NCBI RefSeq assembly: GCF_055392785.1
Contig: NZ_AP042480.1
DNA: 24,000 nt
Direction: 5' to 3' (one strand)
Shown here: piece by piece, positions 1-8,730 of the stretch
How positions within the stretch are numbered: the first letter of the stretch is position 1
How the letters are laid out: every line of letters begins with the position of its first letter
Notes under the pieces: model-generated
Told to the model about the DNA's origin: nothing
Databases searched by the model: none
The model's input: the letters and a program-made list of their open reading frames with translations, nothing else
Position numbers and translations under genes: made by a program

Positions 1-1483
1 GTTTACCACTATCCGGGCCTTCGGCATCAATTCCTGTTGAGCCAGCGATACGAAGCTCTGCAAGATTATGTACATCAACCGCACGTTTTAATCGTACAAC
101 GCCGGGATCTTGCGGTTCACGTTCGACAACATCGTGCGTTAAGACAGCTGCCTGTTGCCATTCTTGTAACGTTAATGCTGTCCAGGCTTGTTCAACCTCC
201 AGATTAATATTACGTGGCTCGATCACTTCTGCTTTTTTTAATTCATTTTCTGCTGCACGAGGCCAACCGCGGGCTTGTAACACACTCGCGTAATCAATGC
301 GCAGTCCCTGATTTCCTGGTGCGTTATAAGCAAGCTCTCTGGCTGTCATTTCAGCCTGAGGAAGATCATTACTATATTTTGCTACGGTTGAGAGAAACGA
401 ATGCCCCTGTAACCAGGTATCATTCGGGATGCTCGTAGGCGTGCCCATTAACCGAAGGAAAGGCGGCGAAGTATTAATGGTATGTTGGGTGACAGTTAGC
501 GCGCCCGGATAATTTTCACTCTCCAGGTGGCTGTAAAAGAGATCCGCAAGTTCTTCATCGGATAAATCCGGGGCAATGGTCTCCTTGTGATAAAAGAGCT
601 CGGTCATTATTGACTGTGCTTTTTTCGGCTGATGATCTTTGAGATAAGCCGATGCAACCCAATATTGCCCCTAGGGCGGAATAATTTGCCCCGTCTTTTT
701 TAATCGCTGATAGTGAGAAATAACGTCTTTATAACGATCGCGAGTTAATAACGCGCCAAGATGATCAACCTGAATACGCTGGTACTGGGCAGTGCGGTCT
801 GGGTTATCGTGCCACAGAATTTCTAATGCAGCGTATTGGGCGAGGGCGCGATCGGCAATGGCATAACGTTCACTTTCACTGCGCGTAGGCATAAACGACA
901 GTCTGACCAGTTCGGCATGAATATCAGCGCGAATATCTGGCGTTAAATTGGCATCGTCAATCGCGGCAGCAAGTTGATTATTACGTAATGCCTGCACGTA
1001 TTCTGTGGGATATTGTTGCGTAGATGCATTTTCAGGTAATGACTCTGTCATCGCCCGTAATTCATCCTGATGACGCCCCGCCAGTTTATAGATATAGGCT
1101 TCTGCGAGTAAATTGGCTTTGTCCGGTGCTCCAGAGTTAAGCTGCTTAAGTTTAACCAGCGCAGTATCATAGTGACCAGCATCTGCCAGGGTTAAAATTT
1201 GTCCCCGTTGATAATCCTTATTTTGCGGCTCCAGAGAGAGCGCCTTTTGCCACAGTGTAAGCGAGTTTTGCCATTGTTGCAGGTTACGATAAGCGACGGC
1301 GACAGCTGCATAACCACGCGCTGGTAATTGCTGATGACGGTAGCGGTTGTAAACGGTAATAACCTGTTTATCTTGCCCGGCCCATAAGGCAATCTGTAAC
1401 CAGTCAGCAATTTGGTTATTGCTGAGTGCTGATTTTAGTGCAAACCATGACAAAGCTGGCTGAGTATTACCCTTGCGAGCTTC
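1..1483 (-). pseudogene. pgaA: pgaA (poly-GlcNAc outer-membrane export protein, TPR N-terminal region); 5' end removed by IS1 and interrupted by an in-frame TAG at 671-673; continues past the left edge
   Basis: Minus-strand translation reads EARKGNTQPALSWFALKSALSNNQIADWLQIALWAGQDKQVITVYNRYRHQQLPARGY...GQIIPP* then in the same frame GQYWVASAYLKDHQPKKAQSIMTELFYHKETIAPDLSDEELADLFYSHLESENYPG...GSTGIDAEGPDSGK, recognised from memory as E. coli PgaA. The IS1 junction falls at about the EARKGN codons. Confidence 0.88.
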
Positions 1484-1498
1484 GGTAATGACTCCAAC

Positions 1499-2002
1499 TT
1501 ATTGATAGTGTTTTATGTTCAGATAATGCCCGATGACTTTGTCATGCAGCTCCACCGATTTTGAGAACGACAGCGACTTCCGTCCCAGCCGTGCCAGGTG
1601 CTGCCTCAGATTCAGGTTATGCCGCTCAATTCGCTGCGTATATCGCTTGCTGATTACGTGCAGCTTTCCCTTCAGGCGGGATTCATACAGCGGCCAGCCA
1701 TCCGTCATCCATATCACCACGTCAAAGGGTGACAGCAGGCTCATAAGACGCCCCAGCGTCGCCATAGTGCGTTCACCGAATACGTGCGCAACAACCGTCT
1801 TCCGGAGCCTGTCATACGCGTAAAACAGCCAGCGCTGGCGCGATTTAGCCCCGACATAGCCCCACTGTTCGTCCATTTCCGCGCAGACGATGACGTCACT
1901 GCCCGGCTGTATGCGCGAGGTTACCGACTGCGGCCTGAGTTTTTTAAGTGACGTAAAATCGTGTTGAGGCCAACGCCCATAATGCGGGCTGTTGCCCGGC
2001 AT
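1499..2002 (-). CDS. insB: IS1 transposase InsB (translated as InsAB' by frameshifting)
   Basis: 167 aa ORF ...[95 protein letters not shown]..., DDE-type IS1 transposase. Confidence 0.95.
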
Positions 2003-2196
2003 CCAACGCCATTCATGGCCATATCAATGATTTTCTGGTGCGTACCGGGTTGAGAAGCGGTGTAAGTGAACTGCAGTTGCCATGTTTTACGGCAGTGAGA
2101 GCAGAGATAGCGCTGATGTCCGGCGGTGCTTTTGCCGTTACGCACCACCCCGTCAGTAGCTGAACAGGAGGGACAGCTGATAGAAACAGAAGCCAC
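1921..2196 (-). CDS. insA: IS1 protein InsA
   Basis: 91 aa [47 protein letters not shown]..., zinc-finger/HTH IS1 InsA. Confidence 0.95.
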
Positions 2197-2251
2197 TGGA
2201 GCACCTCAAAAACACCATCATACACTAAATCAGTAAGTTGGCAGCATCACC

Positions 2252-2961
2252 CACAACCTCTGGTGGCAGGATTTCTGTCGTTAATCATGTTGAGTGCAAT
2301 GAGTTGGGGGCTATACCAGCTTCTACCCTCGTTATATGCGCTGTTCCTGATTTCGTTACTTGGGCCGTTGGTCATCTTTCTGCTGTTTCGGATGATCCGC
2401 ACCAGTTATGTCAAGCAGGTCGCTATTTCAGTAGCGAAAAAAGTAAAATATAAAAGTCTGACTCGCTATGTGCTGCTTTCGGTGTGCATCTCAACGGTTG
2501 TTAACCTGCTTACTATCAGCCCGTTGCGTAACAGTGATTCTTTTGTGACAGAGGGGCAGTGGTTAACGTTTAAATCGATAATTGCATTGCTCATTCTTTG
2601 TGGCGTAGTGTTGGCGATTAATCTGTTTTTTCTGCGCTTCTCCAAGCGGTACGCTTTTCTGGGCAGGCTTTTTTTGCAGGAAATCGATCTGTTTTTCTCC
2701 AGTGAAAATGCGTTGTCGACCTTTTTTGCCAAGCCGCTTTGGCTTCGGTTATTCATATTGCTGGTTATTGAAGTGATGTGGATTACGCTGGTGTCGGTAT
2801 TGGCAACGCTTGTGGAATGGCGGATTTGGTTTGAAGCCTATTTTTTACTCTGCTATGTACCGTGCTTAATTTACTATTTTTTCTATTGTCGATTCCTCTG
2901 GCATAACGATTTTATGATGGCATGTGACATGTATTTCCGTTGGGGGCATTTTAATAAGTGA
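2252..2961 (+). pseudogene. ycdU: YcdU-like multi-spanning inner-membrane protein, N-terminus missing (fused to the IS1 end)
   Basis: 232 aa hydrophobic ORF (GTG at 2263) that stays open up to the IS1 junction; several TM-like segments. The pgaA-dgcT-ycdU-serX gene order of E. coli K-12 (from memory) supports ycdU. Confidence 0.6.
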
Positions 2962-3095
2962 GGAAGTGATAGGAAGTGACCAGATAATACATATATGTTC
3001 TGTACTCTCTTGCGCATTTTGATTGTTGACTGAGTAACCAGACAGTTGATGTGCACGATTTCCCCTCGCCCTAACAGACGTGGGCGGGGGCACCC

Positions 3096-3529
3096 GGTGT
3101 GTGCAATATACGAAAAAAAAGCCCGTACTTTCGTACGAGCTCTTCTTTAAATATGGCGGTGAGGGGGGGATTGACTCGCTTCGCTCGCCCTGCGGGCAGC
3201 CCGCTCACTGCGTTCACGGTCTGTCCAACTGGCTGTCGCCAGTTGTCGACCCCCGGTCGGGGCTTCTCATCCCCCCGGTGTGTGCAATACACGAAAAAAA
3301 AGCCCGTACTTTCGTACGAGCTCTTCTTTAAATATGGCGGTGAGGGGGGGATTGACTCGCTTCGCTCGCCCTGCGGGCAGCCCGCTCACTGCGTTCACGG
3401 TCTGTCCAACTGGCTGTCGCCAGTTGTCGAACCCCGGTCGGGGCTTCTCATCCCCCCGGTGTGTGCAATATACGAAAAAAAAGCCCGTACTTTCGTACGA
3501 GCTCTTCTTTAAATATGGCGGTGAGGGGG
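3096..3529. repeat. Tandem direct repeat, period 181 bp: copies 3096-3276, 3277-3457 and partial 3458-~3529, each with a tRNA-Ser 3'-end-like block and terminator (multiple att-like sites)
   Basis: Direct read: cggtgtgtgcaata..gcccgtactttcgtacgagctcttctttaaatatggcggtgagggggg occurs three times at exactly 181-bp spacing. The reverse complement of the block ends ...AATCCCCCCCTCACCGCCA, like the 3' end of tRNA-Ser(GGA). Confidence 0.9.
3113..3140 (-). terminator. Rho-independent terminator copy 1 (tRNA-Ser type); identical copies at 3294-3321 and 3475-3502
   Basis: Minus strand GCTCGTACGAAAGTACGGGC followed by TTTTTTTT: 8-bp stem with one G-U, GAAA loop and U-tract; spacing 181 bp between copies. 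Confidence 0.85.
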
Positions 3530-3689
3530 ACCGCCTGAAATAAATCTGACTTAATCCAGGGGTGTTATATAATTTAATTATAAACAATGTATTACACTTT
3601 TTGTTGTCCGATATTATCTAATGTATTCTTAGTGAAGCGAGAGACTAATGGCATACTGGATGGCATACCAGAGTGACGGGAATTAGCGT

Positions 3690-4892
3690 ATGGCAGTATT
3701 GACGGATACGAAAGCAAGACATATCAAACCTGATGACAAACCATTGCCCCATGGGGGAATTACCGGACTGACCCTTCATCCTTCTTCAGTAAAGGGGCGG
3801 GGGAAATGGGTTTTTCGTTATGTAAGTCCGGTGACACAAAAAAGACGTAATGCTGGATTGGGAACTTACCCAGAGGTCAGTATTGCTGAAGCTGCACGTA
3901 CTGCCCGGATAATGCGAGAGCAACTTGCTGCAGGTGATGATCCTCTGGAGATTAAAAAGGCTGAATCTGAGAAAGTCGCTATCCCAACATTTGCCGATGC
4001 AGCCAGGCGTGTACATGCAGAACTGTCTCCTGGATGGGAAAATCCAAAGCATGTAAGGCAGTGGTTATCGACGCTTGAGAATTACGCGTTTCCTCAACTG
4101 GGAGCAAAAACGCTGGATTCGATTACGGCTGCGGACGTGGCAGAAACACTGCGTCCAGTCTGGTTAACCTTGTCAGAAACGGCAAGCCGGGTTAAACAGC
4201 GCATTCATGTTGTTATGCAGTGGGGATGGGCGCACGGTTTTTGTGTGGCAAATCCTGTTGATGTGGTTGACCATTTGCTTCCTCAGCAGACAAGAGGACG
4301 TGATGAACACCAACCCGCAATGCCCTGGAGGCAGTTACCGCTTTTTGTGGCGACCAGTGTGTATACCGATGAACCTTATAATGTTACCCGCGCACTGTTA
4401 TTAATGGTGATACTTACAGCAACTCGCTCGGGCGAAGCCAGGGGAATGCGCTGGGCTGAAATTGATTTTCATAAGCGGGTATGGACTATACCTGCAGAAA
4501 GAATGAAAGCCAGGCTACAGCATCGTGTTCCTTTATCCCGGCAGGCTATTTACATTCTGGAAAATATACGTGGCCTGCATGATGAACTGGTGTTCCCTTC
4601 ACCCAGAAAGCAGCAGATCCTTTCCGATATGGTGTTGACAAGTTTTCTGCGTAAAAAGAAAGCCGTCAGTGACATTCCGGGGCGAGTTGCCACGGCACAT
4701 GGTTTTCGCTCAACATTCAGGGACTGGTGTAGTGAACAGGGGTATTCGCGGGATCTGGCGGAAAGGGCGCTCGCTCATACGCTGAAAAATAAGGTTGAGG
4801 CGGCATATCATCGTACTGATCTACTGGAGCAGCGTGTACCGATGATGCAGGCATGGGCGGATTATGTGATGTCTCAAATTGTGAATAAATAA
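3690..4892 (+). CDS. int: P4/CP4-family tyrosine-recombinase integrase
   Basis: 400 aa; N-terminal DUF4102-like (LTDTKARHIKP...GLTLHPSS), catalytic motifs ATRSGEARG, HGFRSTFRDW and Tyr in VEAAYHRTD. Sits directly beside the tRNA-like repeats. Confidence 0.93.
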   Translation: MAVLTDTKARHIKPDDKPLPHGGITGLTLHPSSVKGRGKWVFRYVSPVTQKRRNAGLGTYPEVSIAEAARTARIMREQLAAGDDPLEIKKAESEKVAIPTFADAARRVHAELSPGWENPKHVRQWLSTLENYAFPQLGAKTLDSITAADVAETLRPVWLTLSETASRVKQRIHVVMQWGWAHGFCVANPVDVVDHLLPQQTRGRDEHQPAMPWRQLPLFVATSVYTDEPYNVTRALLLMVILTATRSGEARGMRWAEIDFHKRVWTIPAERMKARLQHRVPLSRQAIYILENIRGLHDELVFPSPRKQQILSDMVLTSFLRKKKAVSDIPGRVATAHGFRSTFRDWCSEQGYSRDLAERALAHTLKNKVEAAYHRTDLLEQRVPMMQAWADYVMSQIVNK

Positions 4893-5012
4893 TAGTGAAA
4901 ATGTATATTGTACGATCATGATTTGATATGTGATCGTAGCAGTAGTAATTAAGGAACCGCTTTTATGTCAAATGTATTGAGCTGATAATTATCAGATCGT
5001 CAGGAAAGCGTA

Positions 5013-5057
5013 TTTTTATAAACAGGGGATTACTCAACAATCTCCTGTTTATAAAAA
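5013..5057. terminator. Bidirectional terminator between convergent int and the 605-aa gene
   Basis: tttttataaacaggggat ... atctcctgtttataaaaa: ~18-bp inverted repeat with one wobble pair, T-tract on both strands, located just past both stop codons. Confidence 0.75.
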
Positions 5058-5079
5058 ACAATTTGCCTGTTTTAACGTT

Positions 5080-6897
5080 TCACTCCTGCTGAGACTGAAT
5101 TATTCCTAGTGCGTCATAAATCAGTCTTCTGCGTAGTTTATTGTTTTTATCTGCACCATATAACATAAATATATTTTCAACTTTTTCTTCAGGTGTTCTG
5201 AGATAATGGATAAGAAAGGTTATCATTCCAACACAATGGAATAAAGTGAATCCATCAAACAGGCTTATCAGGTTTCCTTTTTTTTCCCGTGTTGTAAGTA
5301 TTTTTTCGCGGGTAAGAATATTTGCCAGTTCATGGGGGGCTGATATGTTTCTGCTGTCTATAATGTTATTTATTTTACCAAGGGCTATATCAACTTCCTG
5401 TAATAGGTTATTTATCATAGCTGAGTGAATGTTATTGGTTTCATGTTCCTGACAGTTTATGAACTTATAAATCATTGAGTTATACAGAAATATTACTCTT
5501 CCTAATAAATATGTGTTTGTGTCATTTTGAAGACAGGACTCTGGGTATTCGTGATCCAGTGAAATAAGGTTAATGGACTCGCCCTGATAAGTCATAAAAT
5601 AATTGATGTCATTTAATAATGCTCGGATATTTACATGATTTTTACTGAATTTTATTTTAAATGCTATCTTTAGTATAGCAAACGCGGCAATGATAAATCC
5701 AAAAGGTAATTTCTCATAGTTCAGTTTATTGATGGTGCGATGAACACTTTCAGTCTTTCCTGAAGTAAGTTGTCTCAAACAGTTAACAAATTCTGTATAG
5801 CCATTTAAGACATAATGGCATGAAGAATCTTTTAAAGTGTTTTCTATGTTTTGTAATGTGACGCCGTTGTTCAATGTATAAATGTAACCGCCAAAGACAA
5901 TGTTTTCAATCTCAACGACACAATTTATTGTTTTTTGTTCAGGATAAAGATAAATATCAGAAATACTATAGTCTCGTATTGCGTCAATGGCATCCCACGA
6001 TAATGCACTGTCAATTTTCAGTGTATAAAATGGTGAGTTCTCATTAGGAAAGTAATATATGTATTTGTTCAGTATATTCATTACATCTATTGGGTTGGTT
6101 AAATATAATAACTGGCATTCATATTCTGAAACTTCTCTTTCGCTTATCAGCATTTTATATAAAGTTGCCAGGGTGCTTGTTAATGAAGTTCGTCTTTCGA
6201 AAGCCAGTAATATAGTGAGATAATAACATGCAACTTGAATTTTATCTAAGTCAGAAATTATTTTTTCCTTGTCTTCATTACTTAAATAAAGCAGATGTTT
6301 ACAGGTTTCTTTGCATGTGTTGATAGTTGCGATAAGTTTTGTTTTTCCTGGTGTACTGTTTTTGCGAATATTACGAATGAATTCATATACGCCATCAAAG
6401 ATATCTTTGAAATGCGCATTCGCTGGTGTGTATCCGGATAAACATAACTTAACGTAATTTCGCAGATATGTCCTTGCAGCATGATATATATCATCCTCAT
6501 TATCCGGTATCTGAGTGAGAAAAGAATGAATATGATAGTAAAATGCCATCTCATTATCCGGGCGATATGTGTTCCTGATGTCGAGTGCGAGAATCATTGG
6601 TACAATGTCATTAAAATATTTTTGTTTTATTATTTGATGTGTTTTGTCTGTAAAAACAGAATAGTGCATTAGCTTAACATAGAGATCTTCATATCTCCTA
6701 AATATAACTTTTCGTTGTTCTGTACTCAATACTTGTTCTTTATCAATAATGTTTATTAATTCATCAAACATGTCGCCCAGTGAATATTGATGTGAGGAAA
6801 AATTTTTAATATTTCGGATGTCACGGGTATTCTGGTTTTTAGCCAGAACACCAAAACATGAAAAGACATCATACATTATAGTGATAAAATCATACAT
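5080..6897 (-). CDS. Orphan protein of unknown function (605 aa), AT-rich, possible hydrophobic C-terminal segments
   Basis: Long uninterrupted ORF with a canonical SD (AAAAGGAGAATGTTATG) before the start and a terminator after the stop. I recognise no family motif. Confidence 0.85.
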   Translation of the reverse strand: MYDFITIMYDVFSCFGVLAKNQNTRDIRNIKNFSSHQYSLGDMFDELINIIDKEQVLSTEQRKVIFRRYEDLYVKLMHYSVFTDKTHQIIKQKYFNDIVPMILALDIRNTYRPDNEMAFYYHIHSFLTQIPDNEDDIYHAARTYLRNYVKLCLSGYTPANAHFKDIFDGVYEFIRNIRKNSTPGKTKLIATINTCKETCKHLLYLSNEDKEKIISDLDKIQVACYYLTILLAFERRTSLTSTLATLYKMLISEREVSEYECQLLYLTNPIDVMNILNKYIYYFPNENSPFYTLKIDSALSWDAIDAIRDYSISDIYLYPEQKTINCVVEIENIVFGGYIYTLNNGVTLQNIENTLKDSSCHYVLNGYTEFVNCLRQLTSGKTESVHRTINKLNYEKLPFGFIIAAFAILKIAFKIKFSKNHVNIRALLNDINYFMTYQGESINLISLDHEYPESCLQNDTNTYLLGRVIFLYNSMIYKFINCQEHETNNIHSAMINNLLQEVDIALGKINNIIDSRNISAPHELANILTREKILTTREKKGNLISLFDGFTLFHCVGMITFLIHYLRTPEEKVENIFMLYGADKNNKLRRRLIYDALGIIQSQQE

Positions 6898-7037
6898 AAC
6901 ATTCTCCTTTTATTGCACTATATAAAATTTTAACATTATATCATTTTGCTTTTCTGTTAACTGGTTTTCATTTTTGAATCAATATTTTCTGAACAGGGTA
7001 ATAGAACACGTATTAACAGATTATGTCAGAAGGCCCC

Positions 7038-7801
7038 GGTGATGCCTTCTGACGATAGATTAATGTGGTATTCTATTGGTATCTGGAGACCATATGGCAA
7101 CAGTTACAGTACATTCTCCCCGCTGTAATTCCTATAAAGTGTACCATTATGATCACAGCACCTCAGATCATGAGCGTTTCCAGTGCTAATCCTGCAAACG
7201 TGTGTATTTTAACTGCATTACATCTACGAAACCCGAAAACCAGGCATTAAAGAGCAAATTGTTGAAATGGTTCATAACGGAGTCGGGGTTCGCGATAGCT
7301 CCAGAACGCTGAAGGTGGATATCAACACCGTCATTCTCACTTTATAAAACGCTCACCACGCAAAGTAACCACATCTCCAGTCGCCAGTGCCGATGTGACG
7401 CTTATCTGCGAACTTGATGAACAATGGAGTTTTGTCGAAAATAAAGCTCGTCAGCAGTGGCACTGGTATGCGTATAACACCAAATCTGGAGGTGTGCTGG
7501 CTTACACTTTTGGTCCTCGCACTGATGAAACATGTCGTGAGTTGCCGGAACTCCTGAAGCCATTCTCCACAGGCATGATAACCAGAGACAACCGGAGCAG
7601 TTATACCAGAGAAATGCCACAGGATAAGCATCTTGTCGGCAAGATATTTACCCGGCGCATTGAGCGCAACAATCTGACACTTCGTACTCACATCAAACGA
7701 CCAGCCCGGAAAACGATTTGCTTTTCACGCTCCCTGGAAATTCACGAAAAGCCATTGGTTCATTTGTCGAAAACACTGTACTACTGACTGGAGTCATTAC
7801 C
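7038..7801 (+). mobile_element. Degenerate IS1-family element (~764 bp)
   Basis: Left end ggtgatgcc..., right end ...tggagtcattacc. Inside, a decayed InsA-like reading (MATVTVHSPRCNSYK...YEARKPGIKEQIVEMVHNGVGVRDSSRTLKVDINTVILTL*) and an InsB-like ORF (CELDEQWSFVENKARQQWHWYAYNTKSGGVLAYTFGPRTDETCRELPELLKPFS). Confidence 0.8.
7395..7787 (+). pseudogene. IS1-family transposase (InsB-like) remnant
   Basis: 130 aa with IS1 DDE-family similarity (DEQWSFV.., RRIERNNLTLRTHIKRPARKTICFSRSLEIHEK); element is disrupted by stops in InsA. Confidence 0.75.
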
Positions 7802-7997
7802 AGGGCCTCTTTTGCTGTTTTTTACCAATGAATGATAATGAGAATCGACAGCGATAAGGTGAAAGTAAAATAACAATAATGCTGTTGTTTTCTATCGTAT
7901 TGATTTTTAATTATTTATTGTCTTTTTGCTCAGCCCATTTTTTTACGCAGACAAATTTACCCGGGGAATACAAACTGTAACGACAGTTCACCACACT

Positions 7998-8306
7998 ATG
8001 GGGGATAAAATGCCAGATCAATCCGGATACTGCTGGACTCCTTCACGCATCTTACGGATGCCTGAACTGAGCCAATTGTTAGGTATATCTCGTTCGACAA
8101 TTTACGAAAAAATGAATCCGTTATCGAAATACTACGATGCAACCTTCCCCAGGCCGGTACGTCTTGGTAGTGGTTCTGTGGGATGGCGTTCATCAGCTAT
8201 TGACGAATGGCTTACTTTACATACTGTACCTGCCAGATCAGCAGTCAAAGGTGTTAATGACGAAGTGCGACATACGCTTTCTTCAGATATGACCATGAGC
8301 AGATAA
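7998..8306 (+). CDS. AlpA-family excision/transcription regulator (MerR-like HTH)
   Basis: RILRMPELSQLLGISRSTIYEKMNPLSKYYDATFPRPVRLGSGSVGWRSSAIDEWL is the AlpA signature. The upstream extension in the ORF track is probably not translated; start likely M25 or M29. Confidence 0.88.
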   Translation: MGDKMPDQSGYCWTPSRILRMPELSQLLGISRSTIYEKMNPLSKYYDATFPRPVRLGSGSVGWRSSAIDEWLTLHTVPARSAVKGVNDEVRHTLSSDMTMSR

Positions 8307-8481
8307 GTTTTTGTCATCACGTGATCACCTCAGGAGGAAAAAGAAGCATAAGAACAATTTAGCCAGAAGTTTAATTGATAAACAGAATTTCCAGCATTCA
8401 TTGTTGAAAGAGCAGCTATTGTCGCTATTGTAGCGGTAATTGCTGCTATAACCGAAACGTATTACGAAAAAGGAAGCATTT

Positions 8482-8730
8482 ATGTCTTACATCAAACCGG
8501 ATATGCCGTATTCAGTATATGCGTGACCATCAATGATAGGGAAGGCAATAATTAAAGCTCAATACAATAAACAAGTACCTCTGACTCTGGTTGCAATGTC
8601 AGTATTAACAGCGATGTCAATTGCCTGTCAGAATCAGGTTGACGTATGCAGCCCCGGAAATTTACGTGGGGCCGTTAATATTTACACTATGGTTCTGGAG
8701 AAAGGGAAAAGACCGGGGGAAAGGTATTAG
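8482..8730 (+). pseudogene. Truncated duplicate of the DUF3987/YfjI-like N-terminus
   Basis: MSYIKPDMPYSVYA*PSMIGKAIIKAQYNKQVPLTLVAMSVLTAMSIACQNQVDVCSPGNLRGAVNIYTMVLEKGKRPGERY* aligns with the start of the 8949 gene (MCLLAPENPYPIYALPPLVRNAIIETQKNTQAPLAMVATSALTAFSSACQNQIDVCRPGNLRGPVNLYSLIL) and carries an in-frame TGA. Confidence 0.8.

Larger units (their letters stand above)
1484..2251 (-). mobile_element. IS1 (complete, 768 bp)
   Basis: Terminal sequences ggtaatgactccaacttattgat (left) and the reverse complement of ggtgatgctgccaacttactgat (right); 768 bp between them; InsA and InsB ORFs present. The flanking 9-mers gcgagcttc and cacaacctc do not match, so there is no target duplication. Confidence 0.97.

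Noticed and set aside
3149-3180. Complete tRNA-Ser gene
   Set aside because: Only the 3' acceptor-end block is present. The sequence upstream on the minus strand (cgagcgaagcgagtc...) is not a tRNA body, so no full tRNA is called.
3099-3512. 137-aa and related ORFs (CNIRKKSPYFRTSSSLNMAVRGG...) as a repeat protein
   Set aside because: They simply translate the 181-bp tRNA-end/terminator repeats in several frames and on both strands; codon structure and terminators argue against translation.
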